Assembly: GCA_039975135.1 (NCBI GenBank)
Contig: JBDWHS010000002.1
Location: 41,479 to 105,478, forward strand
Length of the DNA stretch: 64,000 bases
From: Sneathiella sp.
GTDB lineage: Bacteria; Pseudomonadota; Alphaproteobacteria; Sneathiellales; Sneathiellaceae
Direction: 5' to 3'
This document shows, in pieces, positions 17,586-26,112 of the stretch (position 1 is its first letter; each line of letters begins with the position of its first letter). The position numbers and the translations under genes were made by a program. The notes below the pieces were generated by a model. That model saw only the letters and a program-made list of their open reading frames with translations, was not told where the DNA came from and made no database searches.

Positions 17586-18431
17586 ATGGGAGATTATTTT
17601 CGGCCGACAACACTGTCAGAGCTAGAGGGGCTGCTCACACGCGGTAACTTGACAGTACTTGCCGGAGGCACGGATTACTATCCTGCAAAAGTCGGAAAAC
17701 TGCTTGGGGAAGATATCCTTGATATTACGGCGGTTGACGGATTGCGCGGTATTCAGAAAACGAAGGAAGGATGGAGGATCGGTGCAACAACGCGCTGGTC
17801 TGATATCACCAGGAGCGATCTTCCGCCGCTGTTTGACGGTTTGAAGGCTGCGGCTCGTGAAGTAGGTGGCCAGCAAATTCAGAATTCAGGCACGATTGGC
17901 GGCAATCTGTGTAACGCTTCTCCAGCAGCGGATGGCGTGCCAGCACTCCTTAGCCTCGGGGCTGATGTTGAAATTTCCGGACCAACCGGTATGCAACGCC
18001 TCCCTCTTGAAACCTTCATTTTGGGAAACCGTAAAACAACGCTGGAGAAAACGGAAATCCTTTCAGCTCTCCATATACCAAATCCACTTTTTGAAAAGGC
18101 ATATGGCGCCTTCCTTAAATTGGGATCTCGCAAATATCTCGTCATTTCACTGGTGATGGTGGCTGGCACCTTCTGTCTTGATGCAGAAGGGCGCCTCGCG
18201 GATTGTAAAATCTCGGTCGGGGCTTGCTCGGAAGTGGCGAAGCGATTGGAAAGGCTTGAGCAGGATTTGATCGGCGCCTTTCCGACAGACGATCTGGCAG
18301 GATATGTGGTGGATACCCACCTGGCGGATTTATCGCCCATAGATGATGTTCGTGCGACGGCGGAGTATCGCTTGGAGGTCGCCAAGACACTTGTTCAGCG
18401 CATGCTGTCAGAATGGGGAGAGACTGTATGA
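17586..18431 (+). CDS. Xanthine dehydrogenase/CO dehydrogenase family, FAD-binding (medium) subunit
   Basis: CoxM-like motifs VLAGGTDYY and GTIGGNLCNASPAADG. 281 aa. Confidence 0.85.
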   Translation: MGDYFRPTTLSELEGLLTRGNLTVLAGGTDYYPAKVGKLLGEDILDITAVDGLRGIQKTKEGWRIGATTRWSDITRSDLPPLFDGLKAAAREVGGQQIQNSGTIGGNLCNASPAADGVPALLSLGADVEISGPTGMQRLPLETFILGNRKTTLEKTEILSALHIPNPLFEKAYGAFLKLGSRKYLVISLVMVAGTFCLDAEGRLADCKISVGACSEVAKRLERLEQDLIGAFPTDDLAGYVVDTHLADLSPIDDVRATAEYRLEVAKTLVQRMLSEWGETV

Positions 18432-21169
18432 GCAGGGCAATCGAACTGACTGTCAATGGTCAGAAGCATGTTCTAGATGTTCCGCCGGTCAAAAGACTGT
18501 CAGACATATTGCGCGATGATTTGAAACTGACCGGGACCAAAATCGGCTGTAATGCAGGAGATTGCGGAGCCTGCACGGTTATAATCGATGGCAAGCAGGT
18601 CTGCGCCTGTCTCACCCCGGTTGCGCAGGCGGCGGGAGCATCGGTTCTTACTGTTGAAGGATTGTCTGGAACAGAGGCACTGGGCTCGCTACAAAAAGCG
18701 TTCAGCCGCCACGGTGCTGCACAATGTGGTATCTGTTCCCCCGGTATGTTGATGGCAGCAACGAGTTTGCTGGATACAAAAAGTGACCCTACAAGGCGGG
18801 ATGTGGAAGATGCTTTAGGGGGTGTCCTGTGCCGTTGCACCGGATATCAGAAGATCGTTGATGCAGTGCTGGATGCGGCAGGTTCGGAGGCTTGCTTAGC
18901 GCCAGAGGCAGGCGAGGCCGTCGGGGCGTCCCTTGGAAAACTGGATGCGGCCGAAAAGCTGAACGGAACAGAGAAATATGGCGCCGATGCTATTCCAGAG
19001 GATGCATTATGGATCCGCATCCTAAGGTCCCCCCATGCTTCGGCAACGGTTGTACTGGGTGACTTTTCAGATGTTATTCAGGCGTATAATGGCCTTTATG
19101 ATGTCCTGACTTATAAAGACATACCGTTTAACCGGTTTGGCATCTATCCGGTGGGCAAGGATCAACCTGTTCTTTCAGATGGCGTGGTGCGCTATCGCGG
19201 CGATGCAGTGATTGCTGTTGTTGGAGCAAAAGAAGCCGTCACGGGCATCACGCTGGAGGATCTTCCGGTTTCCTTTGATATTCATGAACCGGTTGTCGGT
19301 GTTGCGGGCGCGCGATCTGCCGCAGCATATCAGCTGCATGAAGACAAACCCGGCAATGTATTGATTGAGGGGCATGTGGTGAAGGGAGATACAGCCGCAG
19401 GCTTTGAACAAGCGACTGCCATTGCGAACGGAACGTTTCAGACCCGCTTTGTTGAGCATGCTTATATCGAACCTGAAGCCGGGTGGGCACGGCGTGTTGG
19501 GGATCGGGTGGAAGTAACCGTGACGACACAGGCGGTTCACATGGATCGCGATGAGATTGCCAGTGTGTTACAAATCGATAAAGATCGGGTTCGGGTTATT
19601 CCAACCGCTGTGGGCGGAGGGTTCGGCGGTAAGCTGGATGTCTCCATTCAGCCTATTCTGGCGGTTGCTGCCATGAAATATGACCAGCCTGTTGCTTATG
19701 TTTATGAACGGCCGGAAAGCATGGCCGCCAGCACGAAGCGTCATCCATCAGAAGTGTCCAGTCGTTTTGCTGCGAATGAAAAAGGCGAATTGCTGGTGAC
19801 GGAATTGACCGCTGATTTCGATACAGGGGCCTACGCGTCCTGGGGACCGACGGTTGCAGGGCGCGTCCCGGTTCACGGAAGTGGTCCTTACTTTGTTCCT
19901 AATGCTGATGTTAAAGGACGCGGTTTGTTCACCAACGCACCGCCCTCCGGCGCATTCCGGGGGTTTGGCGTGCCACAAGCCGCTATCGCCCATGAATGCA
20001 TGATGGATGATCTGGCCGAAAAACTGGATATGGATCGGCTGGAAATCCGCTTAATCAACGCAATTCGGACAGGGCAGACAACAGCAACGGGCCAAATTCT
20101 GAAAGCGAGTGCGGGTATGGCGCCGTGCCTTGAAGAATTGAAGCCCAAATGGACGTTATTCAACGCTGAGGTGGCGGCTTTTAACGCTGAGAATGATGGC
20201 CCGTTGAGAAAAGGGGTCGGTGTTGGTGCCATGTGGTACGGTATCGGAAATACGTCCCTGTCCAATCCCTCCACACTGGAAGTGGGGATTGATGCGGACG
20301 GTCGGATCACGCTTTATAACGGTGCTGTGGATATTGGACAGGGTTCCAACACCATCATGCCGCAGATTTGTGCTGATGCAGCAGGACTGCCGGTGTCTCA
20401 ATTCACCTATATTATGGGGGACAGCGATCTGACTGAAGATGCGGGTAAGACATCCGCATCCCGCCAGACATTCGTCTCGGGCAAGGCATCGGAATTGGCC
20501 GGGCTCGATCTTCGCCGCCAAATCCTGCGCCATGCCAATGCAGGGGAGGGCGCCCGGTTTGTCCTTGACGGTAAAATACTGAAAATTGAAGATGAAGGCA
20601 GCGTCCGAGAAATTGATTTATCCTCTTTGCCAGAGGGTAAAAAAGGAAACGTATTCTTTGGAACGGGTACTTTTGATCCGCCGACAACTCCTCTCGATGA
20701 AAAAGGGCAGGGCGTACCGTATGCCACCTACGGGTTTGCAGCGCAAATTGCGTTGGTTGAAGTTGATACAGATCTGGGTACAACCAAAGTTCAGAAGATT
20801 GTTGCCGCCCATGATGTCGGCAAAGCCATTAATCCACAGCAAGTAGAAGGGCAGATCCATGGCGGAATTGCTCAAGGACTGGGGCTTGCCCTGATGGAAG
20901 AATTTATTCCAGGTGTCACCGAAAATCTGCATGACTATCTGATTCCGACCTTTGGCGATATGCCGGATATGGAAATCCTCATTGTGGAAGAAGAAGAACC
21001 TTTAGGGCCCTATGGCGCTAAAGGGGTGGGAGAACCTGGACTCGTTCCTACAGCCCCCGCTATTTTTGGGGCTATTCGTCATGCCACGGGCGTTCGCGTG
21101 ACAGAAGCACCCTTGCTCCCCCACAGACTGAAAGCGGCTCTACGCAGGAAGGAGGTCGATCATGAGTGA
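18428..21169 (+). CDS. Fused [2Fe-2S] (small) and molybdopterin-binding (large) subunit of an XDH-family hydroxylase
   Basis: ATGA start/stop overlap with the FAD subunit at 18428-18431. N-terminal GCNAGDCGACTV, CGICSPGM and CRCTGYQKI motifs, followed by about 750 aa of aldehyde-oxidase/XDH Mo-binding domain. Confidence 0.85.
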   Translation: MSRAIELTVNGQKHVLDVPPVKRLSDILRDDLKLTGTKIGCNAGDCGACTVIIDGKQVCACLTPVAQAAGASVLTVEGLSGTEALGSLQKAFSRHGAAQCGICSPGMLMAATSLLDTKSDPTRRDVEDALGGVLCRCTGYQKIVDAVLDAAGSEACLAPEAGEAVGASLGKLDAAEKLNGTEKYGADAIPEDALWIRILRSPHASATVVLGDFSDVIQAYNGLYDVLTYKDIPFNRFGIYPVGKDQPVLSDGVVRYRGDAVIAVVGAKEAVTGITLEDLPVSFDIHEPVVGVAGARSAAAYQLHEDKPGNVLIEGHVVKGDTAAGFEQATAIANGTFQTRFVEHAYIEPEAGWARRVGDRVEVTVTTQAVHMDRDEIASVLQIDKDRVRVIPTAVGGGFGGKLDVSIQPILAVAAMKYDQPVAYVYERPESMAASTKRHPSEVSSRFAANEKGELLVTELTADFDTGAYASWGPTVAGRVPVHGSGPYFVPNADVKGRGLFTNAPPSGAFRGFGVPQAAIAHECMMDDLAEKLDMDRLEIRLINAIRTGQTTATGQILKASAGMAPCLEELKPKWTLFNAEVAAFNAENDGPLRKGVGVGAMWYGIGNTSLSNPSTLEVGIDADGRITLYNGAVDIGQGSNTIMPQICADAAGLPVSQFTYIMGDSDLTEDAGKTSASRQTFVSGKASELAGLDLRRQILRHANAGEGARFVLDGKILKIEDEGSVREIDLSSLPEGKKGNVFFGTGTFDPPTTPLDEKGQGVPYATYGFAAQIALVEVDTDLGTTKVQKIVAAHDVGKAINPQQVEGQIHGGIAQGLGLALMEEFIPGVTENLHDYLIPTFGDMPDMEILIVEEEEPLGPYGAKGVGEPGLVPTAPAIFGAIRHATGVRVTEAPLLPHRLKAALRRKEVDHE

Positions 21170-22598
21170 GGCTATCCAGAAAACAGCCAATAAAGACGAT
21201 GGATTAATCCGCTGTGATGCCTGCCCGGTTTTGTGCCGTATTCGAGAAGGGCGCTCCGGCGCCTGTGATCGCTATGCGAATGTCGAAGGTGTCTTAACCC
21301 GTGTTGATCCGTTGATTGTGCTGGAAAATGCTGAAAAGAAGGTCCCGTTCACGGAGGCAAGCAGCCAGTGGAATGGGGATTTGGTACCAAAGGGCAATAC
21401 CTTTGTCACCGGCGTTGGATCTGGAACAACATACCCGGATTACAAGCCAGCCCCCTTTATTGTCGGTGCAGAGGCGCATGGCGTTGATACGGTAACCGTT
21501 GTGTCTGAGGGTGTGTTCAGCTATTGCGGCGTGAAAGTCAAAATTGATACAGACCGCTATGTTGGCCCGGAGACAGCACCTGTATTTGCTCAAGGTGAGC
21601 AGGTAGGGCATGTCACCACAGCCGAATATGGAAGCCAGATGCTTTCCTTGGGCGGCGTCCGCCATTTGACTGGCGGCTCCAAGAAAGAAGGTCGGATTAC
21701 GTGCGATACGCTGCTGGCTCTTTGCAACAAAGAAGCTGTCGAGCTTGATGTTGAAGGCGGCGCAAAAATCATTGTTCAGGCAGGTAAAGCACCGATCATC
21801 GACGGAGATGAAGAAGAGCGGATGCGGGTTGGTTGTGGTTCCGCGACCATTGGAATTTTTGCACCGCAATGGCACGGGAAGGTGGATGAGGTTATCGTTG
21901 TTGATGATCATATCACCGGTGTCCTGACAGAGCATCAGGCGGGTCAGTTTCTTGATATGCCCGTCTCCGGGATCAAGGTGCGTGGTCGTCGCTCAACCCC
22001 TGGACGGTATTTTCAAGTGGCCGAACATGGCGCAGGCTGGGGCGGGACGGATATTACCAATCCCCTTGATATTATTGAGAAAGTGGATGCCAAGAAAGCC
22101 CATCCCGGTATGACACTCCTGATGGTATCGACAACCGGACAGGATAGCGCCTGGTTCGTGTTGAATGACGATCTTGAGCCGGAAGCAGCGCCGATGCCGG
22201 ACGAAATCCGGCTGGTTGTTGACAGAATTGCAGAGAATTGTGAGCCCGCTCTGTGTACTGTTCTCTTTATGGCTGGAGCTGGAGGATCGCTCAGGGCCGG
22301 GGTCACCGAAAACCCGGTCAGATTGACACGATCTGTCAAGGATGCCTTAACTCGGGTAACCTGCGGCGGGGCGCCCGCCTATATCTGGCCGGGCGGTGGC
22401 ATCACCGTGATTGTCGACGTGATGCAAATGCCGGAAAACTCCTTTGGCTATGTGCCTACTCCTGCATTGGTTGCGCCCATAGAGTTTGCCATGACGCGAG
22501 ACGACTTTGAAGCACTCGGCGGTCATATGGAGAGTATCGTCTCACTGGATCAAGTGCTGGATCGCGATGCCCTTGTAAAGCTGAACGGCGAGCCTTGA
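21162..22598 (+). CDS. Cys4-motif protein, tentatively 6-hydroxynicotinate-reductase-like (assignment from memory, unverified)
   Basis: 478 aa; 8-nt overlap with the upstream gene. N-terminal C-x2-C-x3-C-x9-C (CDACPVLCRIREGRSGAC). No ferredoxin-type CxxCxxCxxxCP motif is visible. Confidence 0.5.
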   Translation: MSEAIQKTANKDDGLIRCDACPVLCRIREGRSGACDRYANVEGVLTRVDPLIVLENAEKKVPFTEASSQWNGDLVPKGNTFVTGVGSGTTYPDYKPAPFIVGAEAHGVDTVTVVSEGVFSYCGVKVKIDTDRYVGPETAPVFAQGEQVGHVTTAEYGSQMLSLGGVRHLTGGSKKEGRITCDTLLALCNKEAVELDVEGGAKIIVQAGKAPIIDGDEEERMRVGCGSATIGIFAPQWHGKVDEVIVVDDHITGVLTEHQAGQFLDMPVSGIKVRGRRSTPGRYFQVAEHGAGWGGTDITNPLDIIEKVDAKKAHPGMTLLMVSTTGQDSAWFVLNDDLEPEAAPMPDEIRLVVDRIAENCEPALCTVLFMAGAGGSLRAGVTENPVRLTRSVKDALTRVTCGGAPAYIWPGGGITVIVDVMQMPENSFGYVPTPALVAPIEFAMTRDDFEALGGHMESIVSLDQVLDRDALVKLNGEP

Positions 22599-22601
22599 CC
22601 C

Positions 22602-23471
22602 ATGGCAGGTGAAGCAACAGCACGATTGATGGAAGATGGACGAAGGCTTCACCTTCAGCATGGTCCCATTGATATTGTTGCTGAAGCTTTTGGTGCGGCT
22701 GATGAAATTGAAGCTGCCTACAATCAAGGTTGGGCGGCCTTTCAGTCAATTCTTGGAACTCTGGTACAGGATCTCGGTATCTTGAGGCGGCCTGTCATGA
22801 TAGACGAAGAGCCTGTTTTAAATGGGATTTCTGCCGATATGTGGCTGTCCGCACGCCCCTTTGCCGATAGGCAATTTGTAACGCCAATGGCGGCGGTTGC
22901 CGGGGCGGTTGCCGATCACGTCAAGGCAGCCATGATAGATGGGCGAAGCCTCACGAAACTTTATGTGAATAATGGCGGTGATATTTCACTTCATTTGAAG
23001 GCGAATGCTGTTTTCTCCGGCGCTATTGTCGAAAATCAGGATATGCCTGCGCTGGATAATATCTTTGAAATTAGGAGCAAGGATGACATCGGCGGTGTTG
23101 CGACATCGGGCTGGCGTGGCCGGTCGCTTTCCCCCGGGATGGCGGATGCCGTTACCGTGCTTGCAAAAACTGCGGCCATTGCGGATGTTGCTGCAACCCT
23201 GATTGCGGGAGCTGTGGTTGTAAAAAGTGCCGCGGTCACTCAGGAGAAGGCAATTGATCTGAGAGACGATACGGATTTGGGTGATATGCTCGTAACGACG
23301 GCGGTTGGCACGCTAACAGCTGCAGAAAAACATGAAGCCCTTGAAAAAGGGTTTCAACTTGCTCGCTCTTTTGAGCAAGAAGGATGGATAAAATCGGCCT
23401 ATATGGCCTTACAGGGGGAGGCAAAAAGCCTTGCTCCGGAAAAAGAACAATTGGGAAGGAAAACGGCATGA
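22602..23471 (+). CDS. UPF0280-like protein (ApbE-like fold suspected)
   Basis: 289 aa; starts 3 nt after the upstream stop. N-terminal LHLQHGPIDIV resembles what I recall of UPF0280. Not verified. Confidence 0.5.
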   Translation: MAGEATARLMEDGRRLHLQHGPIDIVAEAFGAADEIEAAYNQGWAAFQSILGTLVQDLGILRRPVMIDEEPVLNGISADMWLSARPFADRQFVTPMAAVAGAVADHVKAAMIDGRSLTKLYVNNGGDISLHLKANAVFSGAIVENQDMPALDNIFEIRSKDDIGGVATSGWRGRSLSPGMADAVTVLAKTAAIADVAATLIAGAVVVKSAAVTQEKAIDLRDDTDLGDMLVTTAVGTLTAAEKHEALEKGFQLARSFEQEGWIKSAYMALQGEAKSLAPEKEQLGRKTA

Positions 23472-24055
23472 CTGATTTGGTAAAAGTGCGGAAAATATCC
23501 ACACAGATTGAGGAGATCTATCACGAGGGCGGGCCTGTGCTGGATAATCCGATCCTGCGGGGTTCCATTGTTGCTGTTGTCAGCAATCCTTATGCCGGCC
23601 GATATGTTGAGGACATTACCCCTTTTATGGAAGCCTTGAAACCATTGGGCTTGAAGGTTGCAAAGCAACTAATTGATGCGCTGGGCGGTGATCTTGGGAA
23701 AATCTGTAGCTATGGAAAAGGCGCTATTGTCGGAGAAGACGGCGAAATGGAACATGGGGCGTGTTGGCATGTTGCCGGTGGCTATGCCATGCGGGAAGCT
23801 TTGGGAGAGGCGTTGGCAATTGTACCGTCTTCCAAAAAAGTATCAGGGGTTGGCAGCCGGTTGGAGATTCCCACCACCCATAAAGATGCCTCTTATGTAC
23901 GCAGTCATTTCGATGCCATGGAAGTGGGACTGTCCGATAGTCCGCGCCGGGGAGAAATTCTATTTGCTCTGGTTATGACAACTGGAGGGCGCCCACATGC
24001 GCGTCTCGGCGGCTTAGCGGCTGAAGATATCTCTGCAAAAGACGGTTTGCGTTAA
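23468..24055 (+). CDS. 'Amino acid synthesis' family (AA_synth/DUF1185-like) protein
   Basis: ATGA overlap at 23468-23471. 195 aa. Recognisable segments NPYAGRYVEDI, YGKGAIVGEDGEMEHGA, THKDASYVRSHFD, GGRPHARLGG. Confidence 0.6.
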   Translation: MTDLVKVRKISTQIEEIYHEGGPVLDNPILRGSIVAVVSNPYAGRYVEDITPFMEALKPLGLKVAKQLIDALGGDLGKICSYGKGAIVGEDGEMEHGACWHVAGGYAMREALGEALAIVPSSKKVSGVGSRLEIPTTHKDASYVRSHFDAMEVGLSDSPRRGEILFALVMTTGGRPHARLGGLAAEDISAKDGLR

Positions 24056-24077
24056 TCAGATAAGGTGGACGGCACGT

Positions 24078-26111
24078 ATGACAGGTAGAGTAATTGGCGT
24101 CGATGTGGGCGGGACTTTTACGGATCTGATTTCCGTTGATACGGAAACCCGGGAAGTTTCAGTAACCAAAGTTCCGACAACGCTGGATAATCAGGCTTTT
24201 GGTGTGATTAAAGCCATTGAAAATGTGGGTACGGAACTTTCCGAGGTTGTCGCTATCAATCATGGAACAACCACGACGACGAATGCTTTGCTCGAGCGCA
24301 AGATTGCCAAGGTTGGTCTCATTACCACCCGGGGTTTTCGGGATGTCCTGGAGCTTGGCCGTCGAACCCGCCCGCAGCCTTACGGCTTGAAGGGACAGTT
24401 TGAGCCGCTGATTTCCCGCGAATATCGCCTGGAAGTACCGGAGCGTATTGATGCCGACGGAAATATTGTTATCCCGTTGGATGAAGGCGCGCTTAGATCA
24501 GCCATTCAACAGTTAATTGAAGCGGGGGTAGAAAGTCTTGTCCTGCATTTCCTTCACTCCTACAAAAATCAGTCCCATGAAGCGCGGGCGTTGGAAATTG
24601 CCAAGGAAATGTGGCCCAATCGGTTTGTGACGGCGGGCCATGAAATTCTTTCGGAATATCGGGAATATGAACGCGGCACGACAGCAGCCATTAACGGCGC
24701 AATCAGACCTGTTCTGGATCGTTATATCAACCGGCTGCAAGATGAACTGACCCAGCAAGGTTTTGCTCATGATTTGCTTGTCATGCAGGGGAATGGCGGG
24801 AGTATCTCGTCCCGTATTGTGGCAGAAAGCGCTGTAAATACGGTGATGTCGGGCCCTGCCTCTGGTGTGATGGCCGCGGCAGCAACCTGCCGGGCAGCCG
24901 GTATCGATAAAGTCATCACCTATGATATGGGCGGTACAAGTTCGGATGTGGGGTTGGTGCAGGGCGGCGTTCCGCAAGTCACGGCGGAGCTGGATTTGGA
25001 ATATGGTATGCCGATCCATGTGCCGATGGTTGATGTGCATACCATCGGGGCGGGCGGTGGTTCCATCGCCTTTGTCAATGATGCGGGAATGCTGCAGGTC
25101 GGGCCGGAAAGTGCAGGGGCAACGCCCGGGCCCATTTGTTATGGCCGGGGCGGCACGCGCCCGACCATTACGGATGCCAATCTGGTTCTGGGCAGGCTGG
25201 ACGCTGAAAAGTTACTGGCTGTGGATAGTCCTGTGTCTCTTGATCAAATTAAAGAGCTGTTTGTCAGTGAAATCGGTCATCATTTTGGGATGAATGCGGA
25301 AGAAGTTGCGACAGCCATTCTGCAAGTTGCCAATAACAAGATGGCTGGAGCGATCCGCATGGTTAGCCTATCCAGAGGGCATGACCCTCGGGACTTCGCC
25401 CTTTTTGCTTTTGGAGGGGCAGGACCATTGCATGGTGTGGCCCTGGCTAAAGAATTGGCAATCCCCCGAATTGTTATGCCGGCAAGGCCAGGCATTACCA
25501 ATGCGCTGGGCTGCGTTGTTTCTGATTTACGTCATGACTTCGTGAAAACGGTCAACACGCCGCTATCATTGGTCAATATTACTGAGGTTCAGGCCATTAT
25601 CCGGGAACAGATTGAAGAAGGTAAAAGGCGGATCGAGCGGGATCGAGTTGCGGTTGAGGCGTTGGTCTATATTTTTTCCGCTGATATGCAATTTCAGGGG
25701 CAGAGCCACATGCTGAGTGTTGAAATCAGCGGCCCAGACGTGACATTGGATGAACTACAGAAACGGTTTGATGAGGTGTACTGGGCGCGCTTCGCGGTGG
25801 AGCTGCCGGATATCAAAGCTGTGCTTGTCAATCTTCATACCGCGGTTATCGGTCGGCGCGAACAGCTGGATTTACAGGTTCTCGTCGGAAGTAGTCAGAA
25901 AAACACGCTTGCAGAAGCCATGCGGACAAAGCGTTCTGTCATGTTCGGCGGAACCTGGCATGATACACCGATTTACCGGCGCGGGGATTTGCCTAAATCC
26001 CTGACATTGACGGGCCCGGCCATCATTGAACAACTGGACACAACCATCATCGTTGAGCCGGGTGACAAGATGACCGCTGATGCCATTGGCAATCTGATTG
26101 TGGAGGTATGA
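24078..26111 (+). CDS. hyuA: Hydantoinase/oxoprolinase family, A (ATP-binding) subunit
   Basis: N-terminal VIGVDVGGTFTDLI. 677 aa. Internal MGGTSSDV actin-fold ATPase motif. Confidence 0.9.
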   Translation: MTGRVIGVDVGGTFTDLISVDTETREVSVTKVPTTLDNQAFGVIKAIENVGTELSEVVAINHGTTTTTNALLERKIAKVGLITTRGFRDVLELGRRTRPQPYGLKGQFEPLISREYRLEVPERIDADGNIVIPLDEGALRSAIQQLIEAGVESLVLHFLHSYKNQSHEARALEIAKEMWPNRFVTAGHEILSEYREYERGTTAAINGAIRPVLDRYINRLQDELTQQGFAHDLLVMQGNGGSISSRIVAESAVNTVMSGPASGVMAAAATCRAAGIDKVITYDMGGTSSDVGLVQGGVPQVTAELDLEYGMPIHVPMVDVHTIGAGGGSIAFVNDAGMLQVGPESAGATPGPICYGRGGTRPTITDANLVLGRLDAEKLLAVDSPVSLDQIKELFVSEIGHHFGMNAEEVATAILQVANNKMAGAIRMVSLSRGHDPRDFALFAFGGAGPLHGVALAKELAIPRIVMPARPGITNALGCVVSDLRHDFVKTVNTPLSLVNITEVQAIIREQIEEGKRRIERDRVAVEALVYIFSADMQFQGQSHMLSVEISGPDVTLDELQKRFDEVYWARFAVELPDIKAVLVNLHTAVIGRREQLDLQVLVGSSQKNTLAEAMRTKRSVMFGGTWHDTPIYRRGDLPKSLTLTGPAIIEQLDTTIIVEPGDKMTADAIGNLIVEV

Positions 26112-26112
26112 T

